A stretch of 63,763 nt of DNA, the filler included, from Rhabdomonas costata (lineage: Eukaryota): NCBI GenBank assembly GCA_019059605.1. It is 39 parts of 39 records of this genome, joined end to end, with 100 filler letters (N's around TTAATTAATTAA, not from the genome) between each part and the next. Parts side by side here need not be neighbours in the genome. Positions count along the whole stretch, not along the records: positions 45,861 to 47,396 come from JAHMHO010013539.1; positions 47,497 to 49,033 come from JAHMHO010013540.1; positions 49,134 to 50,670 come from JAHMHO010013541.1; positions 50,771 to 52,306 come from JAHMHO010013542.1; positions 52,407 to 53,943 come from JAHMHO010013543.1; positions 54,044 to 55,580 come from JAHMHO010013544.1; positions 55,681 to 57,216 come from JAHMHO010013545.1; positions 57,317 to 58,853 come from JAHMHO010013546.1; 31 more parts are not named here. One strand, written 5' to 3'. The notes under the pieces are model-generated. The model was given only the letters and a program-made list of their open reading frames with translations. It was not told the DNA's origin and did not search any database. Position numbers and translations under genes: made by a program. Within the stretch, counting starts at the first letter, position 1. Each line of letters starts with the position of its first letter. This document shows, piece after piece, positions 47,181 to 59,737 of the stretch.

Positions 47181-50100
47181 GGTATGTTCCAAAACCGCAA
47201 GACAAGAGAGAGCTTGCATATGAGTCCACGACTTGACGGCAGAGGTGCTGAAAAAGTTACGGGACCTCGGCAGCTCCTGGGCACAGCTCACCGAAGAAGA
47301 GGAACCGACGCAAGGGCCGGGGTCCATCCCAGCTGAGTCCCTCACACTTGAAAGAAGCATGCTCAGTAGACGCCATCGTCTGTAACCACACCCACCNNNN
47401 NNNNNNNNNNNNNNNNNNNNNNNNNNNNNNNNNNNNNNNNTTAATTAATTAANNNNNNNNNNNNNNNNNNNNNNNNNNNNNNNNNNNNNNNNNNNNGTGT
47501 TGTGGTTGACAGATCTAAGAACCTGTGGTCGAGGTCACGTCACCGCGGAGGAAGGATCCTCTCCTTGTGCTGGCGGACACAGTGGGAGAGGAGAGCGTAG
47601 AAATGGTTTGAGAGCTCGGGATCGGAGTGCACGAAGGTGGGGGACAGGCTGAGCAAAGACATCCCCTTTAAGTGATCCCCTTGGAGGAAATTGGGGGAGA
47701 AGTCTGGTGACCGGGGTGATCACGGGACATGACCTCCGCTGGATACCGCGTGATAGGCGCGGACCCATAGAGTGGTGCCATCATATGTCATCTTACGCAT
47801 AGCACCTAGCGAATGGGTTCACCGGGTAACCCATACACACCATCTAGGCATTCTTAGCCATATCATTAGGTATACTTGTATCTACGTTCGTTTCACTGCT
47901 GTCACGGTTACGCTCACTCCGCTTAATCCGACCTCCCTAATCTGCCATCTTGGGGTTGGAGGCGTAGAGGGTGGTTGGGGCATAGCAATATTGGTAGCCT
48001 TAGCCCTCCCCACCCCAGGCACCCAGTCCACCCAGCTCAAGCAAGGTCTGGATACAAAGGCAACGTACCACCATAGCACGAGTGACCAGACAGTCACCTT
48101 CACCTTCCCAACGCCTTCCAAGGTGTCCACGCCTCAGCTACTGACCGATAGTGCCACCCATGCCTCTCACATGGCTATCCCGTTCCACCTACACGTAACC
48201 ATCCCCAGGGACACCCCCGCGCCCAATCTCGCAGGAAATGCAGATAATGCGAACTCGCTGCTCTTTCGAGCAGATCCAAGTGTAGCATCACCATCCTGGT
48301 CTTGGCGCTAGGGGAACTGGCGTCAGGCACACAAGACCTATACATTAGAACCCAAGATAGAACATGCAACGTTTGGTGGTTCGCGGAGGGGAAAACCGAG
48401 TCAGTGTTTCTGGTGTGGAGAGATGGCATGGTTGACTTACAATGAAGGCCCTAACGAAGCAAATGACACCAAGTAACATAAGTGAAGGCCTGTACATGAG
48501 GATACACCACCACAAACGCTAAAAACCATATGCATCGTAGCATCTCCATCCTTGTCTTAGCGCAACAACCCCAGCCCACGTCAAACCAAATATAGCATCA
48601 CCAGCAACCCGTAGCGCAAGGAAATCATGAGAGCCAGAACCATCATCGAAGCCGAGACCGGGACCGATACCGAGACAGAAGACCGAACCCGAACCGGAAA
48701 CCATGCCTACTAAATACGGCTACCTTGTCACCCCAGTCACCACCCTACGCAAATCCCAGACCCAATACCTGACACCACATGCACCGATCCACTCCAAGCC
48801 ATCCAAATACCAAGCATCAACACATCCAAGACGCAACCCTACCGAATACCAACAACCAATCAGCAAACCCAACCACGCAACAAGCCCACTTCTACCACCA
48901 GCACATACGTACACCCAACGCTAAACCCCCCAACCCCCTAACCCCACACAGAACGCTCCAACCACACACTGAAGCCCGCAATACCACTCATCAACGCCTA
49001 CCAACCCCAGCACCAACATCTCCAAGCCAACAANNNNNNNNNNNNNNNNNNNNNNNNNNNNNNNNNNNNNNNNNNNNTTAATTAATTAANNNNNNNNNNN
49101 NNNNNNNNNNNNNNNNNNNNNNNNNNNNNNNNNTGTTGTGTGTCGAATAAGTTTACATATGCCTTATATATTTCACCTGTTGATATTTAGAAATAACAAT
49201 GGACTTATGTTGCATGCACATATAATCTAGACATCTGTAGATTTTATTATTGTCTCTTAGAGTTAATCTTCGCATGTGCTGCCTTAACGTCGAAATTAGT
49301 CAACATCAAATAAATTAAGTAGCATTTTGAGACGTTTTAAACTGCCTGAGCTTTCCGGCAATTTTTGTATTATTCTAAAAGCATTCAAGCGTTATTGCAT
49401 TACATTTGATGCCAAAAATTAGATTTTTGTATTACCACGTGAACGTGTATTACCACCTGATAATTGTGGACATACTAAATTAACATATTTGTGTCTTTTT
49501 GTTTTAAATGCTAATTATACCTTCTTTTAACAAACCGATACGAAATGTTTCTTCACAAAATCACAATTTTTGCTCCATTTGCTTAATTACGCAACAGCCA
49601 ACATTTGATTTAACTTCTTTCCAGCATTTCGAATAGTATGAAACGCTTTGGTGTTGAATACATGAGTGTACGTGTCTTTGCAGCAACCTTCTTGGATTAA
49701 AGATGCGCAGACCGCTGATTGACCTATAGTGTTTTGAAATAATTTACTACTGAAATTCTATATACTACTGAAAAACTAATGAAATAGTAAAACATTTTTT
49801 TGTTTATTTGTTTTGTACATGGAAGCAGTATTTTATGGAAATATGATTATCTCACCACCAGGTTTTTGGTTAAGTTAAAATTATGTTTCTCAGTGACACC
49901 AATTACATTTCTAGTGTGATAAAAGTTTCAAAAGTACACAAGCGTGAATGAATGTTACAATGTACAATATTTTTGACGCTTTTCAGCGTACTTATTTAAT
50001 CAACACTACGAATGTTCTGGTATTAACCAAAGCATAGTAATTAGGTTGACTAAGTGTTTCAATAACAGTAATGAAATATTCAAAACTTTGGGACCAGGTG

Positions 50101-50863
50101 TAAAGCAAAAAACAAATGTCCACTTTTACAAATAAAGCTTAAGCGCAGAACAGAAAACAATTTCGTTAAAGCTATGTGCAAGCTGTTGCATTGTGTTTGC
50201 ATAACTAATTTTATTTTAATAGTGCAAAAGCATGGTTTTTGAATTTACCAAATTTGAGTCTGAGCTGTGGAATGTGAAGCAGTGTTTTTGGGCATGTTCC
50301 TTTGTAATTGTTGGCCGTAATTTATGGAAAGAAGTTCTGTCCTATGTTGGCTTTCAACGCATCTGTGCAGGTTGTGCCAAAATTTAATGGAACAACAAAT
50401 ACTACTGTATCAAAAAAGTTTTTAGTAAAATGCGTTGCCAGTTGTAGTGAATATACGCGCACGGATTCTCTAAAAGTCTGCGATATTTGCAACGTTGTCT
50501 TATAACTGAATGTGCGTTTGTAACTCGTATTATGTGCCACATGTGATGTTGCGTGAACATAAATTGTGTTTTTTGCAGATAAGTAGCCTTGTGGTTTCAA
50601 CTGATGAGCGATCTATATAAATGTAACAAATAACTCTGTTTTATTGTACGTTACCAACCACCCACCCAACNNNNNNNNNNNNNNNNNNNNNNNNNNNNNN
50701 NNNNNNNNNNNNNNTTAATTAATTAANNNNNNNNNNNNNNNNNNNNNNNNNNNNNNNNNNNNNNNNNNNNTTGTGGCCTTCCGATTGATGAATCAGAATC
50801 AGGTGGCGACAACTCAAGTGATGAAAAGAGCTCTCTCCAGGGGGTGCAGGTCGAGAGACAGTA

Positions 50864-51960
50864 GCACTGATGAAATTGCATGAACGGTACCCAGAGTTCC
50901 AGCCATACGATGGTAAACCAGAGAATTTCCTGCCGTATATAACCACGGTTGAGGAGAAAATGACAAATCGGAGTCTTCATGACCAGGTTGCAATCACCTT
51001 TGCTGTCGGAGCGATGTGACAGCACTTCAGAGGCATAGTGTGGGACGATCAGACGTTTAAGACGTTGGACGCGTTTGTAGCTTACTTGAAGACCAGGTTC
51101 TGTTTGGACACTTTTGAGTCCAACATTTTGTGGAGATTGGACAAGCTGAGAGTTGATGGAAACTTTCAGTTTTTCGTGTCTCAGTTCACACTGGGAGCCA
51201 CGTTACTGAAAGGTTGTCCTTTTGTTCATGACTTACACTTGAGGTACTTTTCATACAAGGATTGGAGACAGACATGCAGGCAGAGCTGATGACGAATAAG
51301 CTTTTAGGTTTGCACAGGAGTTCCACAGGAAACCCAGAGCGCCACACAAGGTCATTGTTGTCGCGCAGCCAGAAGAGAAAGCGACATGTAAACCGACAGG
51401 AACGGAGCTGGATTCCATGAGATACGGCAACTCGCCGTTTGGAGAGGCGCGGTACTTTGATCAACCGCGAATTCAATCACACGGTTCAGAGAGTGCGGGG
51501 GTGGTCAGTGCTAGCTGAATGGGCCTGAGTGGGATGTCGGTTGACGGTGGTTGTGAAGCCATGACGTCAGGAACTTTGCTGAGGGAGATTGCGTCGCCGC
51601 CCAGAGTGGTGCTGTTTGTGAAACGTGTAGAGGCACAAGCCAACGCAGTTAGGACCCCGTCATCTAGACCTCCATTCCCAACAACCAGAGTGTACCCCAG
51701 GTGGGAAAGTTTTTTGAGTAGAGGAAAAGGAGTATTTCCCAGAACCGTTTCACCGGTTAGAGACAGACCAAGAGTTGTGGGTAGACCGGTGGTGGGACAG
51801 AGGTCTATCTCGCCGAGATCACCGGCGAAAACAGATACTCTTAGGTTGGAAGGGAGAAGCCCGTTTGCACAATCACACTTGGACAACGCGGTGCAGCGGG
51901 GGGCGCTGATGTGTTTTCACTGCTGGTCACCATCCATTTGATGAAGGAATGCCCGGAATT
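50864..51960 (+). mobile_element. Decayed LTR-retrotransposon gag with a CCHC zinc knuckle
   Basis: PEFQPYDGKPENFLPYITTVEE..TLDAFVAYLKTRF..LDKLRVDGNFQFFVSQF is a gag capsid pattern; the frameshift-corrected CFHCWSPxHLMKECP gives CX2CX4HX4C. Contains stops and frameshifts. Confidence 0.78.
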
Positions 51961-52748
51961 CAGGTCGAGGGCGTGGCAGTCCTCACCAACGACATTGTCA
52001 TGGAGCACACAGTTTCAGGAATGGGGAACTCTCCCTGTAAAGAAGGAAAACCCAAACTGAAGAGGGTTGGAATGGTGGCGACTCCAACCAGCGACATTGA
52101 GCCCGAGTATTGACCGAGAGTTTGTGCCAGAGAGTGTTGCACGTTTGTTTTTATTCGAGCAACAAGGAGAGCGTTGGGGCAATTTGGCCTTGCCGTGGTT
52201 TTTGGAACAAGCGGTAGGCCAGAGATACAAGGAGGAATGTGTGTGGCAAGCAAGGCTGCGGTAGAAGGAAGTGATGAAGAAGGTGAAAAGATCACTCCAC
52301 CCCAACNNNNNNNNNNNNNNNNNNNNNNNNNNNNNNNNNNNNNNNNNNNNTTAATTAATTAANNNNNNNNNNNNNNNNNNNNNNNNNNNNNNNNNNNNNN
52401 NNNNNNGGGGTTTTGGGCCTTTTTCTCCAACGCTTTGGGGTGTGAATCGGTCATCAATGCCATTCTCCTTTGATTTAGAGCGTCTCCCTAGCGGGCGGAG
52501 GGGGGGGAGCAGCAGCGGGAAAAACGTCATCTCGAACCCTATTCTGCTCGATTAGTTTAAATAGATGTGTTTGGCACTGTGCTGAAGGGAGCACCCCCAG
52601 GGAACCTCCCAACCCAACCGCCCACTTCGGCACCCGTGTCTCGCTCCTCCGAAGAAGCCCGCCATCAGCACGTTCATCTCCACAAAAGCCAAAGACAACA
52701 CGTGTAACACACACACCACTTCAAAAACAAACACAACGGTCCCTTCAG

Positions 52749-53943
52749 GTGGGCCTCAAATCCGCTTCTCCAGCGGCCGACGCCTCCGTCGTGGTGGGCA
52801 CCGCCAGGGCGCGCGAGGTGTGGCCGCAGAAGTGGCTGCTGCGAACCCCCCAGCAGATGCCCATGGGCGTGAACTGGATGTCCTTCGTGCCAGACTCCCG
52901 GCCGCTGTCCTCGCTGTCGATCCCCGGTACCCATGACACGATGGCCGTGGTGGACCTGTCCTTTGTGAGCATTGCGCAGTGCCAGGAAAGGCTGCTCCTG
53001 GAGCAGCTGGAGAGAGGGATTCGGTACGTCGACATCCGGTGCCGGCACTACCATGACCGGTGTGGCTCCTACGCCCGTCTCTTTCGCACAGCATAAGGGG
53101 CGATTGCTGTACGTTGGAGTGTATTGAGCAATGGCCCTGAACCGTCCGCTTCTTGGGGAAGGTGTGTCGCCGTGCAGAGTTTGCCAAACTGGACTGCTGC
53201 GGCTTCGATAACAGTGCCCGTCGTTCTGGATGCATTCTTTGATTTGGTCAGTATTCCTCAGCGCAGTGCTGTGATTTTGTGAGTTTTCCACCTTGCCCAC
53301 GAGTGCACCTACTCCGAACGAAATGAGAACCAAGGCTGTTCAGGGCCAGCTTGACAAGGCAACGGTGTGCCCTTACTGGAAATTGTCCTCGGGGACTCCC
53401 TGGGCGGCCTTGTCCTCCTCGCAGTCAGAGTCAACTCATCCCAAATCCCCGCCCCGATGTTATTGGAGCACCGAGCCTCGAGGCCTCGTAAAGGATAACA
53501 GGCGGACGCCGACACCGAGCATACGCACGCAGTCAAGATGGCATCACGCAAGTTTTTTCTGGCACTCAAATGGATTCATACTTTGTGCTTGAACAGGTTC
53601 CCAATTTATCATGGGAAGGTCTCCCAGAACAGCGACTTCTCCGACGTACTGCAATTCCTGATGGGTTTTCTGCACGAGAATTCCCGGGAGACCGTCATCG
53701 TCAGCGTTTGCCCGGAGTACGAGGCGAAGGGCAACACCCGGGATTTCGACGAGACCTTCCTGTGGTACCTGGACCACTACCAGTGCCGCGACCAGTGGTA
53801 CCTCAGCAGCGCCACCCCCACGCTGGGCGAGGTGCGGGGGAAGATGGTGCTGGCGCAGCGCTTCGACTCCACTCGGGTGCAGGGGATCAAGCTGCAGAAT
53901 CAGGAGTGGCTGGACGAGTGGGAGTGCAACACCGAGGCTGATC
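52749..53943 (+). CDS. Phosphatidylinositol-specific phospholipase C, bacterial-like PLC-X domain (exons 52749-53059, 53597->53943)
   Basis: NWMSFVPDSRPLSSLSIPGTHDT..QCQ..LLEQLERGIRYVDIRCR..|FPIYHG..FLHENSRETVIVSV..PTLGEVRGKMVL; both catalytic His are present. Confidence 0.95.
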
Positions 53944-56136
53944 NNNNNNNNNNNNNNNNNNNNNNNNNNNNNNNNNNNNNNNNNNNNTTAATTAATTAAN
54001 NNNNNNNNNNNNNNNNNNNNNNNNNNNNNNNNNNNNNNNNNNNGGTTGTTTTTGACCTCTCTGGAAACCAATTAAAGTGAATGGTGGATAACAACCGCTA
54101 ACTCAGCATTAGCTAATTGTTATCCGCACAACATTTCACGTCTTATCGTCTGATCTGGACCGATAACGGTTCTAACTTATTACTCATCTGTAATTTCTGA
54201 ACAAGTCCGGAACCGATCCGCTCTGCATCGGATTTCAACCTCACTAATGAGCCCACCAGTGCATTTTATGGCTTATGGAAACTGGTCTGAGGCTCTGCTC
54301 CTTTCTTTACCACACTTTTTTCAACTTGTTACAGGATTGTTTTTAGAGTGGCACTCTGAATTACATTTGGGGCTGCCACAGGTGTAACTCTGCGTGTGTT
54401 GGTCTTCGGTGGCTGCTCAACCTGATAAACTCTGGTTTATTTGATCACGGAATCTGGTGTTATATGCAAAATTCTTAATTGGACTGTGCCTGGAGCTCTC
54501 TGCACAACACCTGCGCTTGATGTGATCATGACTGAAGACAAAGTTGGCCTCTTAGGTGTGGAGGTAGCGGCCCTGAATTCTGCTTTCACTATTTTAACTG
54601 ATCTACAATCTTCTGAAATTCTGACAACTGACCACTTTGGCACACTTGTCTGAAACAACTCTGTCTTAGCCAATTCACAATCACTAAAAAAACGTGGCTC
54701 GTATTTCCACATTACATACACACTCTGGAAGTTACCTGCGGTTTTGCTTTCTCCAAACGTGACCTAGAAATGGGTGACTGCTGCCTGCTACCTTTCGAAG
54801 TATTTCTTGGGGGTCCAGGCGTGTATATATCTCTACTCATGTCAAACTAGAGAAATATGGGTCTGACACTTCTAGACTGTGAATGTTATTTGTAATATAG
54901 GCCTCCTCTTCCCATGTATCCTCGACATCTGAACGCCTACATTACTCTGGATGGAGTTACTCTCATTTCTGGAGAACGCGTACGCGTCGCATTGAATTGC
55001 GGATGTGAATCGGCGGAATACGACTGCACACACACCATGTCCTGTGCAACTCTGCAGCGTTCACACCACCACACTATCTGCAACTCTACCACCTCTCTGT
55101 ACTCTGCAGGGCCCTCCTGGTCTCATATCCCCTCTGGCCTGCGGCACTGCTGTGGTTTTTTAGGCACCTCGTAACAACAAAAGGCAATAATAACAAGAAA
55201 AAACTCTGGAAAACAAACTACCTGACAAATTTCGGATTTCTTGAACAACTACCGTACATTTCCTCTTAGAGTTTTGACAGGAGCTGGCTCACGACAGGCT
55301 AAAATTAGACTTCCGTCTCCGCTCACCTTGTCGGCTCTCTGGATTCTCTATGAAATCTCTGGAAACTAGTCTTTGGAAAAACATTGATGTCTTTTCTGTC
55401 TACGTCTGTGATGAGGAACACTTGGTTGACCTGGACAGATACAAGAAAAAGATAAAACACTCTCCGCTCATACTAACAATTTAATAAGAAGGCGACTAAT
55501 TTCTCTTATGTATAATCGCGTTTGCTTTCAGGGCGTATGTTTGCGCGTAAAAATGTTTACGCGCAAACATACCCCCAAAANNNNNNNNNNNNNNNNNNNN
55601 NNNNNNNNNNNNNNNNNNNNNNNNTTAATTAATTAANNNNNNNNNNNNNNNNNNNNNNNNNNNNNNNNNNNNNNNNNNNNGTTTTTGTGTTGAACTTTGA
55701 ATGTTGAGCTTTTTCTCCGATCGAACGTTGAAGTGTCTCACGTTGAACATTGAATCATCGCTGACTCAGGGCACTGTGAAGTTCATGAAAACACGAGCAA
55801 AGGTGCTCCGACAAGAAGAGTGGAGGGGTCGAGGTAAACTCAGCTGAATGTGAAACTGAAAGTCAATGGACGCCATGTTGTTGACCAGCAACAAAGATGC
55901 ATAGGCCGATATGGAGTCAATGGTGGGGTGCATGTAGTTTTGCAGAATGTTTTCGAACCCAACAGAAATTTGAATGACGGAAAGCTGCAGACATTTTACC
56001 GTAAATGTTTGAATGGTAGCCGGGCTCCAATTATAGTAATAGGACATTTACGGTATGTTTTTTCAGACTGTTCATCCTGCAGGGGTTGAACTGTCCTTTC
56101 CCTGGGTTTTTAAGAGTTTGTTTTTCTTGCACCCAG

Positions 56137-57216
56137 GTGGTGCCTCGGATGGGTGGTCGCTCTTTGCCTTTCCCGCTGAGGAGAACTTCAGTGGACGTCG
56201 CCTGCCAGTTTCTATGGTCCAGCATCTCCGGAAGGTGCTGGACTCGAAATGGAAGGTGCCATTTTGTCATCCACAATAATTTTTTTTTGCAAAAGACTGC
56301 TTGGGGCTCACACTGACGCTGTTGCATCTGGGTCTGTCTACACGCCACAGATTCTAGTGGATGCTGCCTCGTGGGCCGGACATTCCCCTCTGAGCCTGGC
56401 CGCTCGCGAGTGCCAACCCGACTACGTGGTGGTCTCTTTCTACAAGATCTGTGGGTTTCCGACTTCTCTGGGCGCTCTTCTGTGCAGGCGGCCCACACCA
56501 CCGCCACTGCCACACTCTGTGCCCTTGGCGTCGAATCACTGTAGCGTGGGCGCTGGACAACTGCTGCGGAAGCGATTTGTGGGAGGAGGAAGCGTGCTCC
56601 ACGTCTCTGCGGCACCCTCAGCGGTGGCCTCCCTGAAGGAACTTCCGGAGCGCTTTGAGGTTGGCTATCTTTCTCTGTGGTGGTCTCATCATATCATCGC
56701 CGCTTGAGTTTCCACTCATTGCAGTTGAGGTGGGGGGTGAGCGCTGTGGTGCTTTTTACACCCTATTCTGAGAATGAAGTCGCACGTCTGGTTAGTTTTG
56801 GTTAAGATAAAATGTTCCTGTGGATTTCTTGAACGGCAGTTTCCGTCGGAAACTTTGTTTTCTGCCCGCAAGCAGAAGAAAACAACACAATAGCACGTCC
56901 ACGGGAACACAGAAGGCGTCAAGCCAGCGTTCAAAGTGACCAAGGCTTTTCGCACATGGCAGAAAACGCATTGGGGCGGGTGGGCACCAAACAAAAGGTA
57001 AAAAATGAACAATGTGCTGCAGAAAGGGTCGAAAACGTCACAATTCGCCAAGGGCACTTTCTCAGCGCCCCAATTCACTTAATTGCATAGGGGAATTCAG
57101 AAGCACAGTTGCACAGTCGTGCTTTCACAGGACGGAACAGTGGACTTTATTGGTCTTACCTGCCTTCCAATTGGGCTGCGTAAGATTCACGAGCTCTCGA
57201 TGGAGGCCACCCCCCC
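56137..57216 (+). CDS. Molybdenum cofactor sulfurase (MOCOS/ABA3-like PLP domain; exons 56137-56255, 56351-56659, 57131->57216)
   Basis: LFAFPAEENFSG..WK|ILVDAAS..PDYVVVSFYKICGFPTSLGALL..RKRFVGGGSV..ERFE|DGTVDF. Confidence 0.92.
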
Positions 57217-57714
57217 NNNNNNNNNNNNNNNNNNNNNNNNNNNNNNNNNNNNNNNNNNNNTTAATTAATTAANNNNNNNNNNNNNNNNNNNNNNNNNNNN
57301 NNNNNNNNNNNNNNNNGTGTTTTTTGTGAACGTGTTTTGATGTTCTGTCTCCACAGCGATTGGGATTGTGAGCTTGTGGACGAGCACACAGAGGACGAAA
57401 TCAAAGGGCAACCTGAGGTGTTTCTTATATATCCCCATTTTAGAACGGTTTTGTTCTCTATCTCTTCTATCTTTTCCACAAACTTCTTCTCTCTTCTATC
57501 TTTGCCACAAACCACAGTACAGGCTTCCCACTGCGAGCAACCTGGTCCCGTTTTCTTTCCACTCCAGGCAAAGTGTTCTGAGTCCACATGCCAACAACCC
57601 GCCTCTAACGCGGAAAAGGAGGTGCCTTTCGTTTCGTTTCTTTTTGAATTTTGAAGGCGTTGTATTTCAGTTTTCATGTGCGGTAATGCGGTAAGATAGA
57701 CAGTCGAGGCAATC

Positions 57715-57930
57715 ACTTGACAGCCGTGCTTTTGAGAAGAGTTGGTCAGCTCCTCCCTGACGACAGCTTTTGTTGCGTGTTTTGGGGCACCGCCAGTTCA
57801 GATACCTTTTGGTGCCTTTTGGAGCCTTCCAGGTCCTTCGAGTGTACGGGAGTGGGACGTGCCAACGCCGGAGTGGAACACACACTGGCTTGCTTCCACC
57901 TGAGAAACGCCGTCTACCCTGCTGTTGCTG
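57715..57930 (+). mobile_element. Possible CRE-like retrotransposon C-terminal remnant
   Basis: LTAVLLRRVGQLLPDDSF.. and ..GVEHTLAC resemble the WL.A.P....L.D..F and G.HAL.C segments; highly decayed. Confidence 0.3.
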
Positions 57931-58982
57931 GTGGTGGCCACCAGTGTCCTCTCTGCTGTTTGTCGTTGAACTCAGATTTCTCTAACGCTGGTGTTGAGCT
58001 CCGACGCATCCGCTGGCAATCACCCGTCTGGAAGAAGGTCGGCTCGCATCGTCGTCGCCGCGTGCCACCAAGAAGGGTAAAAACGCACACATATTTTTTA
58101 ACTTTTGTTTTTGGTCTGTCTTGTTGTATTTTGATGGTTCATGTCACTTGTTTTTTTTTGCAGTGAACAGCCAGAGGGAAAGGAGCGAGATGCCGAGGTG
58201 TGGTACCTATGCGCAGTTTTGCACGCTCGCGTTGACGTTTGGACAATACAGGGGAACTGGTTTTCCTTGCCTTCTTCTTCCTGTTTTTGTTTGTGCTGAC
58301 TCCCGCAACTGCAAGAATTCCACGAGAACTCATCTGTGATGTTGGTGAATGACGAAGAATACAGGGGAATCTAAAATTCGTGCAGGAAGGCAGGGCAGAG
58401 GACAGAAAGCACACGCGTCATTCACTGGAACAATGCCGAAGGTCTGACGGCAAGACGTTTGTTTTTTATTCAGGAAGCTGCTCTTTCTGAGTTGGATCAG
58501 GGGGATAGATGTCAGCCTGCCGATGTGGACGCGAGAAGAGCTTAAGCAGGTAGGGATTTCGCGGATGCGTTCATTGCGATAGCAAGGTAGTGGGTTCGCC
58601 TTCTGCATCTTCTTCCACTGGCCAAACGGCATTTGTGCTCTTAAAAAATGGGGCTATGTCATGCTCCATCGTGGGTGGCTTTGCGTTCTCTAAGATTCAC
58701 TCTTCGTCATTTCGATCTCACGGGAACAAACCGAAGCAGTTACATTGCAGTTTAGCCAGTTTAGACAACTGCGGTTGAATTATTTCTTCATGGGCAATGA
58801 AATACCTTAGCTCCCAGCTGTTTCCCCGCCAGCACAGCGCACGCCACCCCACCNNNNNNNNNNNNNNNNNNNNNNNNNNNNNNNNNNNNNNNNNNNNTTA
58901 ATTAATTAANNNNNNNNNNNNNNNNNNNNNNNNNNNNNNNNNNNNNNNNNNNNGGGTTTGGGTACGCGGATGAGGCTGCAAC

Positions 58983-59737
<755 letters not shown>

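Noticed and set aside
47880-48430. Possible RT remnant (ARGCPWG resembling QGCPLG)
   Set aside because: No YADD-like or other RT motifs could be aligned; too decayed to call.
54115-54127. AATTGTTATCCGC, 13 nt matching half of the lac operator
   Set aside because: The match stops there and no other vector sequence is present; likely chance.
55535-55572. 16-bp hairpin
   Set aside because: Contig-terminal; probable self-priming artefact.
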